Source: Nitrospinaceae bacterium
Lineage (GTDB): Bacteria > Nitrospinota > Nitrospinia > Nitrospinales > Nitrospinaceae
Length of the DNA stretch: 64,000 nucleotides
Assembly (NCBI GenBank): GCA_965223665.1
Contig: OZ245011.1
Location: 384,001 to 448,000 of the forward strand
Direction: 5' to 3'
This document shows positions 1 to 8,789 of this stretch, piece by piece. A program made the position numbers and the translations under genes. Below the pieces are notes generated by a model, which was not told the DNA's origin, made no database searches, and saw only the letters and a program-made list of their open reading frames with translations. Within the stretch, counting starts at the first letter, position 1. The number at the start of each line of letters is the position of its first letter.

Positions 1-1
1 C

Positions 2-226
2 GTATTTATAGAAGTAAAATCAAGGAAGAGTCTTCAATTTGGCCATCCCATTGTTGCAGTGACTTCACAAAAGCGAAGAAAAATAATACAGATGTCACAG
101 GTATTCTTAAAAAATTTTTCCATTAAAGACCGAGTAATACGATTTGACGTTGTAACTGTTTTAGGAGACCCCGAATGCCCAAACGATTGGGAATTTAGGC
201 TTTTTCAAGATGTTTTTCGTGTATGA
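2..226 (+). CDS. yraN: YraN/UPF0102 family nuclease-like protein, 3' part (truncated by window edge)
   Basis: Own translation, frame 2: VFIEVKSRKSLQFGHPIVAVTSQKRRKI...IRFDVVTV, stop TGA 224-226; FxEVKxR and RFDV are YraN motifs. Confidence 0.85.
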   Translation, partial: VFIEVKSRKSLQFGHPIVAVTSQKRRKIIQMSQVFLKNFSIKDRVIRFDVVTVLGDPECPNDWEFRLFQDVFRV

Positions 227-360
227 AATCAACCTTGAACTGCAAATTTATTCTAAATGACCCTAAATTTTTCATTCTTAAACAGTTTATTTAGAACCTT
301 TTCTAATACAAAGCATCTAGATTCTAGAACTTTTGTTTCCCAATATAAGGAGATTCTTGA

Positions 361-1191
361 GTGTCCTCAATTTTAAATAGCTTGAAAGAATTATTCGTAA
401 ATAAAAAAAGGGAAGAGGAGAGTTCGAAATCAGAAGATTCCACAGCTTCCTTTTCGGAAGATAAAATAATTCAACCTTCACCTAAAGAAGAAATTAACTC
501 GAAAACACCCGAAGCCTTTCAAGAACCGCCTGCAAGACGCAGAGTGATTCAGGCTCCAGTAATTGCGAACATGGCGGATGATGATGGTTTCAATAATTCT
601 GATGAGATAAAAATAAAAGCCGAACCTTCGCAGGCAGGAGATCAGTGTAAATTCATGGTTAATCGGGTTTTGTTTAATGGAAAGTCCTGGTTGTTTTCTA
701 ATTTTGAAAGTGCCGCAGGTTCTCCTCTAGCTGAATCTATTTTTAGCAATGAGTTTGTGGAAACGGTCCTGGTTCATAATTCAACTGTATTAATCACTAA
801 GGAAGGGGCAAAAGGCCTAACTGATTGGCAAGAACTAGCCAAAAAGGTAGGTCAATCCATTCGTAAAGCTTTAGATTCTAAAGATGCTCTAATTTCTGCT
901 GAAATTGTTGATAGCATTCCTGCCGAAAACCAAATTCGAGACGATATTCAAAAAATAATTGATACCGAAGTGAATCCTGGAGTGGCGGGTCATGGGGGAC
1001 ATATTAAGCTGACAAAAGTAGAAGGAAATGCGGTAACCATTGAAATGGGAGGCGGTTGCCAGGGATGCAGCGCAGCCGACTTGACACTCAAACAGGGAAT
1101 TCATAACTCCTTTCGTAAAGCGGTGCCATTTGTCGGGGCAATATACGATGAAACGGATCATGCTGCCGGTCAAAATCCCTATTTTTCCTGA
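361..1191 (+). CDS. NifU/NfuA-type Fe-S cluster carrier (N-terminal low-complexity extension, Nfu_N scaffold, Nfu C-domain)
   Basis: VNPGVAGHGG..MGGGCQGCS CxxC motif, TLKQGI, C-terminal DETDHAAGQNPYF; GSPLAESIF scaffold motif; GGAG RBS before GTG. Confidence 0.85.
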   Translation: MSSILNSLKELFVNKKREEESSKSEDSTASFSEDKIIQPSPKEEINSKTPEAFQEPPARRRVIQAPVIANMADDDGFNNSDEIKIKAEPSQAGDQCKFMVNRVLFNGKSWLFSNFESAAGSPLAESIFSNEFVETVLVHNSTVLITKEGAKGLTDWQELAKKVGQSIRKALDSKDALISAEIVDSIPAENQIRDDIQKIIDTEVNPGVAGHGGHIKLTKVEGNAVTIEMGGGCQGCSAADLTLKQGIHNSFRKAVPFVGAIYDETDHAAGQNPYFS

Positions 1192-1199
1192 GATAATTC

Positions 1200-1544
1200 A
1201 TGCCTAAATTAAATAGATTTAAATTAGAAATTCAAACTGGAAATATAGGAACCGAAGGTCCTGTTCAATTTACGATAAATAATCATAAATTACCTCTTGA
1301 AGATACTGAAGGAGGGGTAGGGCCAAATGAAACTTTTCGCGGTGGGTTTGAAGTTAGAAGTTTTGCACACTCTTTAACTTTAGTGGGACCCGAAAGTGGT
1401 GAATGGGATATCGAGAAATTAAAAGTAGATTTTGAATGTGAACATACGGATCCTTATTCAATTACATATGGACCGGTTAAATTGGATGAAACAACCGAGG
1501 TTAATATTTGGCGAGATCCTCCTCAGCCTGTTTGGGATGTTTAG
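1200..1544 (+). CDS. Hypothetical protein, possibly PLAT/LH2-like beta-sandwich
   Basis: 114-aa ORF 8 bp after the nfu gene; beta-rich pattern FKLEIQTG..GT...W.IEKLKV. Confidence 0.6.
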   Translation: MPKLNRFKLEIQTGNIGTEGPVQFTINNHKLPLEDTEGGVGPNETFRGGFEVRSFAHSLTLVGPESGEWDIEKLKVDFECEHTDPYSITYGPVKLDETTEVNIWRDPPQPVWDV

Positions 1545-1550
1545 CTTTTT

Positions 1551-2474
1551 CTAATTGGAATTGGAAGCAATCTGGTGACTGTTATATTTTCTTTCTTTAA
1601 AATGTGCTTTCAAATCTCCTAATAAAATATAATCCTTTACGGTAGTTTGAAAAGGAATTAAATGTGAGGATGTCCAAAGCATCAATTCCCCAGAGTCAGT
1701 TTTAAATACATCTTTAGGGATTTTAACTTTAATTAAAAGTAGGTCATCAATCGGGTCCTGTCCTACTAATTTTGCGAATCTTTCTTTTTCTTCATCTGAA
1801 TTGATGTAAGCTGATATTTCTTTCATGCTCTGATCGGGTATTGTATCAATTTTAAAGTTTTTTCCCTTTTCCAGCTTTCCATAAGCCTCGTTTCGAAAAT
1901 TATAAAAGGCCGCTAAAACGTCATCGAAATAAATTCCTTCCGGTATTGTTTCAGACTTATTTTCTACAAGCTCATCATCTTTGTAAAGCAACCAAACATG
2001 TTTTCTAGTTCTATAATCTAGATAATGGACCGTTCGTTCACTGCTTCTTCCTACAATAACTTCTCTTTCAAATTGACGAGTCCTGACTCGCTTTCCGTTA
2101 TCAACAACGTCAAAGATAGATTTATAAACATGTTTGCGATAATTAGTGAAAAATCCAACGAATCCTTTAGTTTCGGCAACTAAGCGAGCCTGAAAGTGCC
2201 CATTAAATTTGCTGAATTTTATTTCTGCGGTTGCAGCGTTGTTAAAAAAAAGAAAACTGACATCGTAGTAAAGAGTTTCTCCGGCAAACCGACGAATATC
2301 CCCATTGGGAGAAAATCCTTGGTATTGTCCTCTGGAAAGGTCCAGGTTAACAGAATTCGGAGTCTCTAAAATCTTATTTTCAGCAAAAGAAATGGAAGTT
2401 ACTCCCACATGAGAATAAAATATAAATAAGAGTGTGAGGATACTGCTAATTCTGCTTTTTGGTTGAGATTGCAT
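1551..2474 (-). CDS. Exported DUF3108-like protein
   Basis: Signal peptide; GETLYYDVSF and D.LAAFY.FR motifs. Confidence 0.65.
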   Translation of the reverse strand: MQSQPKSRISSILTLLFIFYSHVGVTSISFAENKILETPNSVNLDLSRGQYQGFSPNGDIRRFAGETLYYDVSFLFFNNAATAEIKFSKFNGHFQARLVAETKGFVGFFTNYRKHVYKSIFDVVDNGKRVRTRQFEREVIVGRSSERTVHYLDYRTRKHVWLLYKDDELVENKSETIPEGIYFDDVLAAFYNFRNEAYGKLEKGKNFKIDTIPDQSMKEISAYINSDEEKERFAKLVGQDPIDDLLLIKVKIPKDVFKTDSGELMLWTSSHLIPFQTTVKDYILLGDLKAHFKERKYNSHQIASNSN

Positions 2475-2591
2475 GTAGTACTTTCTTCCCTTTGGGGGGT
2501 TGAAATCCCTTAAATGATCCTCTACTATAACTAAAATTATATTCTCAGTTTTTATTGAGCCAATTGTAATTATTTTATTAGTTTAGTAGTT

Positions 2592-2939
2592 ATGCCTGTC
2601 GAAACCTTACCTGAAATATTACCCGAAACGTTGCCCATTGATGCACCCGATGTTGTTGAGGAGGAAAATGTTCACAAAAAAAGTGACCTTTTACCCCTTT
2701 ATCGAGTCATTATGTGGGATGACGATGTGACCACCATGGAGTTTGTGGTGCGTATGCTGATAAAAGTCTTTAGCAAAGATTTTAAAACAGCAGAAAAACT
2801 TATGATGGAGGTTCACCTTACAGGGAAATCCCATGTAGATACGTTACCATTGGAAAGAGCTGAGTTCAAGGTTCAGACGGTCCACTCCGCGGCCATTTTG
2901 GAAGATTTCCCCTTTAGGTGCACAATAGAACCTTTTTAA
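2592..2939 (+). CDS. clpS: ATP-dependent Clp protease adaptor ClpS
   Basis: YRVIMWDDDVTTMEFVV, MMEVHLTGKS, AEFKV, F.CTIEP. Confidence 0.92.
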   Translation: MPVETLPEILPETLPIDAPDVVEEENVHKKSDLLPLYRVIMWDDDVTTMEFVVRMLIKVFSKDFKTAEKLMMEVHLTGKSHVDTLPLERAEFKVQTVHSAAILEDFPFRCTIEPF

Positions 2940-2977
2940 GTTTACTTATTTTTTCAAGCCACGATTGATATTAAGAA

Positions 2978-4264
2978 TTACCTCTCTTTTTTAGGTGTGT
3001 AATTTCGTCTGGTTTCACCTAAATAAACTTGTCGTGGGCGACCAATTTTAAAATCTTCGTCCTCTTGCAATTCTTTCCAGTGCGCAATCCAACCGGGTAA
3101 TCTACCAATGGCAAACATTACAGGAAACATATTGATAGGGATGCCCATGGCTTTGTAAATCAGCCCTGAGTAAAAGTCTACATTTGGATAAAGTTTTTTA
3201 GAAATAAAATAATCGTCACTTAAGGCAATCTCTTCTAATTGTAAGGCTATTTCCAGCAAAGGCTCTTTGATTCCTAATTTATCGAATATTTGATGGGCTA
3301 AGGTTTTAATTATTTTCGATCGGGGATCAAAGTTTTTATAAACCCGATGACCAAAGCCCATTAGCCGAAACTCACTATCTGCATTTTTTGCTTTTTCGAC
3401 ATACTTTTTTACATTGCTGTCATCATCATGTATCAATTGCAACATTTCAATTACGGCTTGGTTGGCCCCTCCATGTAATGGACCCCAAAGCGCGTAAATG
3501 GCTGCAGAGACTGAGGAGTATAGATTGCAACGAGAACTACCTACTAATCGAACAGTACTTGTAGAGCAATTTTGTTCATGGTCAGCATGGAGAATTAAGA
3601 GGACATCCAACGCTTTTGCAACTAATGGATCCACCTCGTATTCTTCACAAGGGTTGGAAAACATCATATTTAAAAAGTTTTCGGTATAACCCAGTGAGTT
3701 TGTTGGGTAAGGTAACGGCTGTCCGATAGATTTTTTATAACTATAAGCCGCAATTGTTGGGAGTTTTGCAATAAGCCGATGAATAGTAATTTCTATTTCC
3801 CGTTCATTTTGAACATTTAGTTGATCTTGATAAAAAGTTGCTAACGCTCCAACAACTGCACTGCAAACAGCCATTGGGTGCGGATTATTGGGAAATCCGT
3901 CATAAAAATTTTTAATTGACTCATGCACCATCGAGTGATGAGTGATATGATGATTGAAGTAATCTAATTCTGTAGAATTAGGTAGATTACCGTAGATAAG
4001 CAAATAGGCAGTTTCTATGAAATTACTTTTTTCTGCTATTTGCTCAATAGGTATTCCTCTGTAAAGCAAAATTCCTTTCTCGCCATCCAAAAATGTGATT
4101 TTGCTTTTGCAGCTTCCAGTGCTAACAAAACCCGGATCGTAGGTAATAAGACCGGTTTTGGACCGCAGTTGGGTGATATCGATTGCTTGTTCGCCGCAGG
4201 TCCCTTCTATAAGAGGTAAATCATAGTTTTGATCACTATGGGTCATTCTAATTGTTTTTGTCAC
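2978..4264 (-). CDS. gltA: Citrate synthase (type II)
   Basis: LHADHEQNCSTS, GPLHGGAN, GFGHRVYKNFDPR, YPNVDFYSG. Confidence 0.98.
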   Translation of the reverse strand: MTKTIRMTHSDQNYDLPLIEGTCGEQAIDITQLRSKTGLITYDPGFVSTGSCKSKITFLDGEKGILLYRGIPIEQIAEKSNFIETAYLLIYGNLPNSTELDYFNHHITHHSMVHESIKNFYDGFPNNPHPMAVCSAVVGALATFYQDQLNVQNEREIEITIHRLIAKLPTIAAYSYKKSIGQPLPYPTNSLGYTENFLNMMFSNPCEEYEVDPLVAKALDVLLILHADHEQNCSTSTVRLVGSSRCNLYSSVSAAIYALWGPLHGGANQAVIEMLQLIHDDDSNVKKYVEKAKNADSEFRLMGFGHRVYKNFDPRSKIIKTLAHQIFDKLGIKEPLLEIALQLEEIALSDDYFISKKLYPNVDFYSGLIYKAMGIPINMFPVMFAIGRLPGWIAHWKELQEDEDFKIGRPRQVYLGETRRNYTPKKER

Positions 4265-4364
4265 ATTGGCCTCCCTGAAGGTTAACTTTATCTCTATTCT
4301 TTTTATTATAACGTGAGTTTAATGTATTTTCGAAAAGTTGATCACTCTTTCCACAGGTGTTGAA

Positions 4365-5591
4365 ATGAAAAAAAATTGGTTGTTGTATTTTATTCTTGTT
4401 GGAATATTTTTTGGTGGACTGTGCGGTTGGTTATTTGGAAAAGAAATGGAATCAGTCGACTGGATTGGTGAAATGTTTTTAAATGCTTTAAAAATGCTAG
4501 TAATCCCTTTAATAATTTCTTCTTTGATAGTTGGAATCGCAGGACTGGGTGATATTACAAAAGTGGGAAAAACTGGGATAATTGCATTGACATATTTCAT
4601 GGCTACCACGGCGTTTTCTGTAATTGCTGGGTTAATTTTTGTTAACCTGTTTGAACCAGGAAAAATGGTGGAAATGGTAAGTCATGTTCCTGAGAATGTA
4701 ACCGGTAAGGAAACCATTGGGATCACGGACATATTTATTAGTTTTGTATCTCCCAACCTTGTGGAGTCCATGGTTAAGATGGACATCCTACCCTTAATAA
4801 TATTTTCACTATTTTTTGGAGGTGTGCTAACCACACTAGGCGAAAAGGGTAAAGGGGTCATTGATTTTTTTGATACAGTCAATGAAGCTATTATGAAGAT
4901 GGTTCATATCGTGTTGTATACAGCACCTGTGGGGATATTTGCTTTAATAGCTTCAAAATTAGGCGCTGCAGGAGGGGGTGACCAGTTTGTTGCTGAATTA
5001 ATGAAAATCGGGAAATTTGCGCTTACAGTAATATTAGCGTTACTTTTTCATGCGGTTATTGTTTTGCCCAGTATCCTCTATTTTTTTACCAGGCGAAATC
5101 CATTAACCTACTTTAGAAATGTTACCGAGGCATTAACGACGGCTTTTTCTACAGCAAGTAGTTCAGCAACCTTACCAGTTACCATTGAATGCGCAGAAGA
5201 TAATAACAAAATATCAAAAAAGAGCGCTTTATTCATACTTCCCATAGGGGCAACAATAAATATGGATGGAACAGCGCTTTATGAAGCGGTAGCAGCCATT
5301 TTTATTGCACAAATGGTGGGTCATCCTCTGGGATTTTCTGAGCAAATTTTGATATTTTTAACGGCTACCTTGGCGGCTATTGGGGCCGCGGGTATCCCTG
5401 AAGCTGGTTTGGTTACCATGGTAATGGTTCTTCAATCAGTGGGTCTTCCGTTGGAAGGAATTGGAATGCTCTTATCAATTGATTGGTTTTTAGATCGGTG
5501 TAGAACCACGATTAATGTTTGGGGCGATTCTATTGGCGCTGCCGTTGTGGATCACCTGGAATTGAAATATGTGGAAGGAGGACAAAAGTGA
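4365..5591 (+). CDS. Dicarboxylate/amino acid:cation symporter (DAACS/GltP family)
   Basis: FSTASSSATLP, GATINMDGTALYE, DWFLDRCRT; ATG 4365 preferred over TTG 4338. Confidence 0.93.
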   Translation: MKKNWLLYFILVGIFFGGLCGWLFGKEMESVDWIGEMFLNALKMLVIPLIISSLIVGIAGLGDITKVGKTGIIALTYFMATTAFSVIAGLIFVNLFEPGKMVEMVSHVPENVTGKETIGITDIFISFVSPNLVESMVKMDILPLIIFSLFFGGVLTTLGEKGKGVIDFFDTVNEAIMKMVHIVLYTAPVGIFALIASKLGAAGGGDQFVAELMKIGKFALTVILALLFHAVIVLPSILYFFTRRNPLTYFRNVTEALTTAFSTASSSATLPVTIECAEDNNKISKKSALFILPIGATINMDGTALYEAVAAIFIAQMVGHPLGFSEQILIFLTATLAAIGAAGIPEAGLVTMVMVLQSVGLPLEGIGMLLSIDWFLDRCRTTINVWGDSIGAAVVDHLELKYVEGGQK

Positions 5592-5950
5592 TATCTTTAG
5601 TTTTGTTAGGTTTGCTAGTTGGATTTCTTTCCTCTTTCTCAGGTTTAGGAGGAGGGTTTTTAGTAGTTCCATTACTCATTTATTTAGGTAAGAAATCTAC
5701 TTTAGCTGTAGGAACATCTTTGCTGGTAGTTTTCTTGGTGGCTATTTCGTCCTTAATAGCTCATAGTCGTTTGGGAAACGTTGATTTTAAAACCGGCGCG
5801 TTAATTGCCCTGGGGGGAGTGGTTGGTGCTCAATTGGGACCCATTCTCTTAAAGAATGTACCTGAAATAATGTTTAAGCAAATTTTTTCGATAATTTTAG
5901 TTGGAATTGGAATCTGGTTATTTTTCAGTGCCAGAAAGACCCTTGGGTAA
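5588..5950 (+). CDS. Half-size sulfite exporter TauE/SafE family protein (~120 aa)
   Basis: GTG at 5588 overlaps upstream TGA (GTGA), GGAGG RBS; GLGGGFLVVP, AVGTSL, GAQLG motifs. Confidence 0.82.
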   Translation: MISLVLLGLLVGFLSSFSGLGGGFLVVPLLIYLGKKSTLAVGTSLLVVFLVAISSLIAHSRLGNVDFKTGALIALGGVVGAQLGPILLKNVPEIMFKQIFSIILVGIGIWLFFSARKTLG

Positions 5951-5974
5951 ATTTATCTAATTGAAGTTAAAGAA

Positions 5975-6418
5975 TTATTCATCAGCCGGACCCTTTTCTT
6001 TACGCTCTCCACGCACTAATCTGGCAGCAAAAGGACCCTCTCCAAGTTTATTGATCCAATTTGATCGTCCTTTAATGAGATTGAACATCATCGCTCGGTC
6101 TCCATTAACCGTATCCGTCCAGGTAACGTCTGCACAATCAGCTTCAAATACCTGAGGCAGATGGATCATGTCTCCCCCTTTGGCTTTAAGTTGTTGACTT
6201 TTATCAAATATCGTTTTTATATCTTCGAGTTTACATACCCGCCAATCCTTAAAGCCACCAAAATTTTCCTTATTCAATTCCTCTGCATAATTTTTGCACT
6301 GTTCCAAATTCCGCCATTTCCCCAACATTTGGCGGGTGTCTTTTTTGAGCCAAGTCAAGTTTGTTTGGGTGTCAGTAATTGTGTCGTTTCCATTGTCGAC
6401 GAATCTAGATTCGGACAT
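5975..6418 (-). CDS. DUF1566 (Lcl C-terminal-like) domain protein
   Basis: RFVDNGNDTITDTQTNLTW, GGFKDWR, RLVR. Confidence 0.85.
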   Translation of the reverse strand: MSESRFVDNGNDTITDTQTNLTWLKKDTRQMLGKWRNLEQCKNYAEELNKENFGGFKDWRVCKLEDIKTIFDKSQQLKAKGGDMIHLPQVFEADCADVTWTDTVNGDRAMMFNLIKGRSNWINKLGEGPFAARLVRGERKEKGPADE

Positions 6419-6495
6419 AGTTTCCTCAAAGTAGTTTAAGAAAAATGTTGTTTTGTAATTTTAGCATCAATTTTATAGGTGAGGATTCTTGGAAT

Positions 6496-6531
6496 AAAAA
6501 AAGCCGGTAGAACAAAAGTTCTACCGGCTTT
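6496..6531 (-). terminator. Intrinsic terminator downstream of the 6545-6997 gene
   Basis: Perfect stem AAAGCCGGTAGAAC / GTTCTACCGGCTTT with 4-nt loop, then T-run on the minus strand. Confidence 0.88.
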
Positions 6532-6544
6532 AATTTTAGGAAAA

Positions 6545-6997
6545 TTACTTCAGAGTTGGGTGATATTCGCCACAAATATCATTAGGAACTAAAGGCTCAG
6601 GCATATAACCTTTGCGATCCTGATTCATTTGCTTGCGATATGCATCGTCAGAGTTGTCTCCACGACAGTCACCAGCAACTAACCCAACAACTTGAGCTTC
6701 TTCTACAGTTTTTGCAGCTTTCCAGGATTGGTCCGTTTGTGAAGAACCAAATTGTTGGTCAACGTTAATACCCCTGTCAGAATTACGGGACAAATGCGCT
6801 CGAGATGCACGGTTAACAGCGTCTGTCAACGCTCGTTGTTTTGCACCCATTTGAACTATGGTTTGTCCAACGCCCATTACACTTTGATCCTGTTGAGCAT
6901 ATTGCCCAGGAATCATTTCGTCAGCAGCTACATTAGAAACACCCAAAAACATAGCAGCCATAAAACATGCTACAGCTAAAAGTACTTGTTTCTTCAT
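6545..6997 (-). CDS. Secreted hypothetical protein (signal peptide, two Cys in mature part)
   Basis: MKKQVLLAVACFMAAMFLGVSNVAA signal peptide; purine-rich RBS before ATG 6997; own terminator. Confidence 0.8.
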   Translation of the reverse strand: MKKQVLLAVACFMAAMFLGVSNVAADEMIPGQYAQQDQSVMGVGQTIVQMGAKQRALTDAVNRASRAHLSRNSDRGINVDQQFGSSQTDQSWKAAKTVEEAQVVGLVAGDCRGDNSDDAYRKQMNQDRKGYMPEPLVPNDICGEYHPTLK

Positions 6998-7173
6998 CCT
7001 TTGTCTCCCCTTCAAAAAATTGAACTAGTAAGAAGCTAAAAGAACCAACTATCCATTAAACCTCAATGAATTAGGTATCGGCGTGAATTGTGGAAAACAT
7101 TTCTAAATTTTACCTCAAAGTTACTCTATAGCAAACCATAAAATAAAAAAGCACTTTGAGGATTTCAGGACAG

Positions 7174-7202
7174 AATTTATATTCTTACGGTCCGTTTGTC
7201 AA
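7174..7202 (-). promoter_or_regulatory. Putative sigma70 promoter for the 6545-6997 gene
   Basis: Minus strand TTGACA-N17-TAAATT. Confidence 0.5.
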
Positions 7203-7362
7203 TAGAAAACATAAGTTTATTTAAAATTGGTTTCTGAATTTTATTTTTTTATGGTCCTACGAAAAATTTGGCAAAGAATCCATTAATTTTTTTTTCTTTG
7301 TTTCAGTGAATTTTATAGAAAAAAATACTTTAAGTATCAATTGAATCAATAATTTAATGTGA

Positions 7363-8133
7363 TTAAACCAAAAGACTTTTTATTTCACGAACCAATTTTT
7401 TATTTCCCACCAGGGCAGAACCCTCAGTCAAATTCGGGGTTTTTCCTGAGAAATTTAAAAATGCTCCTCCGGCCTCTTCTGCCATGATTTTGATAGGTGC
7501 GAAATCCCAAATAAAAGCCCAGGGGTCGACCATAGCATCCACAATTCCTCTGATTGCCATTAAATGACCAAATGCATCCGGATAGGTACGAGTTAATAGA
7601 GATACTTTTTGCAATTGGTTAAATAATCGCATTCTCTTTTTTTCTTTAAAACAATAAATATCTGCTGTTGCAAGAGTGGATTTCTTTAGACTATTTTGTC
7701 GGGAAACTTTCATCGGAGAGTCATTACAGAATGCCCCGTGTCTTTTTACTGCCCAAGCAGTTTCGCCTAAAGCGGGTAAACTCATTACACCTAAAACTGG
7801 GTTTCCGTTTTGTAAAAGTGAGAGCAAGGTTGAATAAAACGGAAGACCGCGAACAAAAGACCGAGTCCCATCTATGGGATCAATGGTCCAAACCCACTCT
7901 CTTTGAATATCTTCTTCTCCAAATTCCTCACCTATAATTCCATGATTGGGGAAATTTTTTTTTATTTGTTTTCTTAATATTTCTTCCGCTTTAAAGTCGG
8001 CTATGGTGACAGGGCTTTGGTCTGCTTTTTTTTGAACCTTTAGGTCTGTGCGAAACCATTTTAAGGTTTCTTTGTTTACTGGTTTGAGCCAGGATAGAGC
8101 AGCATTTTTAATTTCCAGAAGGTTGCTTGTCAT
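7363..8133 (-). CDS. hisN: Inositol monophosphatase family, probable histidinol-phosphatase
   Basis: KADQSPVTIAD, GEEFG, WTIDPIDGTRSF, WDFAP. Confidence 0.8.
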   Translation of the reverse strand: MTSNLLEIKNAALSWLKPVNKETLKWFRTDLKVQKKADQSPVTIADFKAEEILRKQIKKNFPNHGIIGEEFGEEDIQREWVWTIDPIDGTRSFVRGLPFYSTLLSLLQNGNPVLGVMSLPALGETAWAVKRHGAFCNDSPMKVSRQNSLKKSTLATADIYCFKEKKRMRLFNQLQKVSLLTRTYPDAFGHLMAIRGIVDAMVDPWAFIWDFAPIKIMAEEAGGAFLNFSGKTPNLTEGSALVGNKKLVREIKSLLV

Positions 8134-8207
8134 CAGTAAGTAGCATTTTCTTGATTAGGGTTTAATTTGAAATTAACAAAATGGGAATTAAATACTAAGG
8201 TTTTCCT

Positions 8208-8615
8208 TTAAATAATTTCTATATACCATTTTGGTTTTATTCTTCCAAAGTCGGTTCTCTTATTTTTTTTTAATGAACTTTTAGGATCCAAAACATAGCT
8301 TTCTGTTTTTTTCCTAACAAAAATAGTCCAATGCCAATACGTGTCCCCTTTTTTTTGGTGCCATTTAATTGCTAATAATGCAAGATTTGGAAGTTGGTTC
8401 CAATTTTGGAAAGGTTTTTCCGAAGGAGAAATATTTATTCCAAAATGTGTCAGTAATGTTCGGATATATTTAGTTTCGGACCATAGTTTGGGATCCTCCA
8501 CTGAAATTTGTTTTTGATTTGCTGCGTTTTTTACAATCTTGTAAGTTGTACCTGCAAGCATAGCCACACAAGCAAATCCACACCCTGTTACATCTTTTTG
8601 TAATACTAATTTCAT
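8208..8615 (-). CDS. Standalone peptidase C39-like cysteine protease
   Basis: LQKDVTGCGFACVAM (Q..C), WHWTIF (H), VLDP (D). Confidence 0.72.
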   Translation of the reverse strand: MKLVLQKDVTGCGFACVAMLAGTTYKIVKNAANQKQISVEDPKLWSETKYIRTLLTHFGINISPSEKPFQNWNQLPNLALLAIKWHQKKGDTYWHWTIFVRKKTESYVLDPKSSLKKNKRTDFGRIKPKWYIEII

Positions 8616-8789
8616 AACACCTTTTAACTATAACAAAAAGAATTGATATATACAGTTTTCATATAGGGCTCAATTTGAACTTGAGGGATTATAGAAACAT
8701 AAAGCCTTAATTTAAATAGATTTTGCCGTTTTTATTCATTATAATCCCAGTTAGATTCAGCCTGAAATTCTCGATTTTACTAGGAGCTT

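Noticed and set aside
5519-5587. Longer 143-aa start for the TauE ORF with a Cys-rich N-terminus
   Set aside because: It overlaps the symporter coding region; GTG at 5588 has an RBS and a typical stop-start overlap.
7076-7102. sigma28 promoter (GCCGATAC) upstream of the secreted orphan
   Set aside because: No convincing -35 element at the right spacing; a better sigma70 match lies at 7174-7202.
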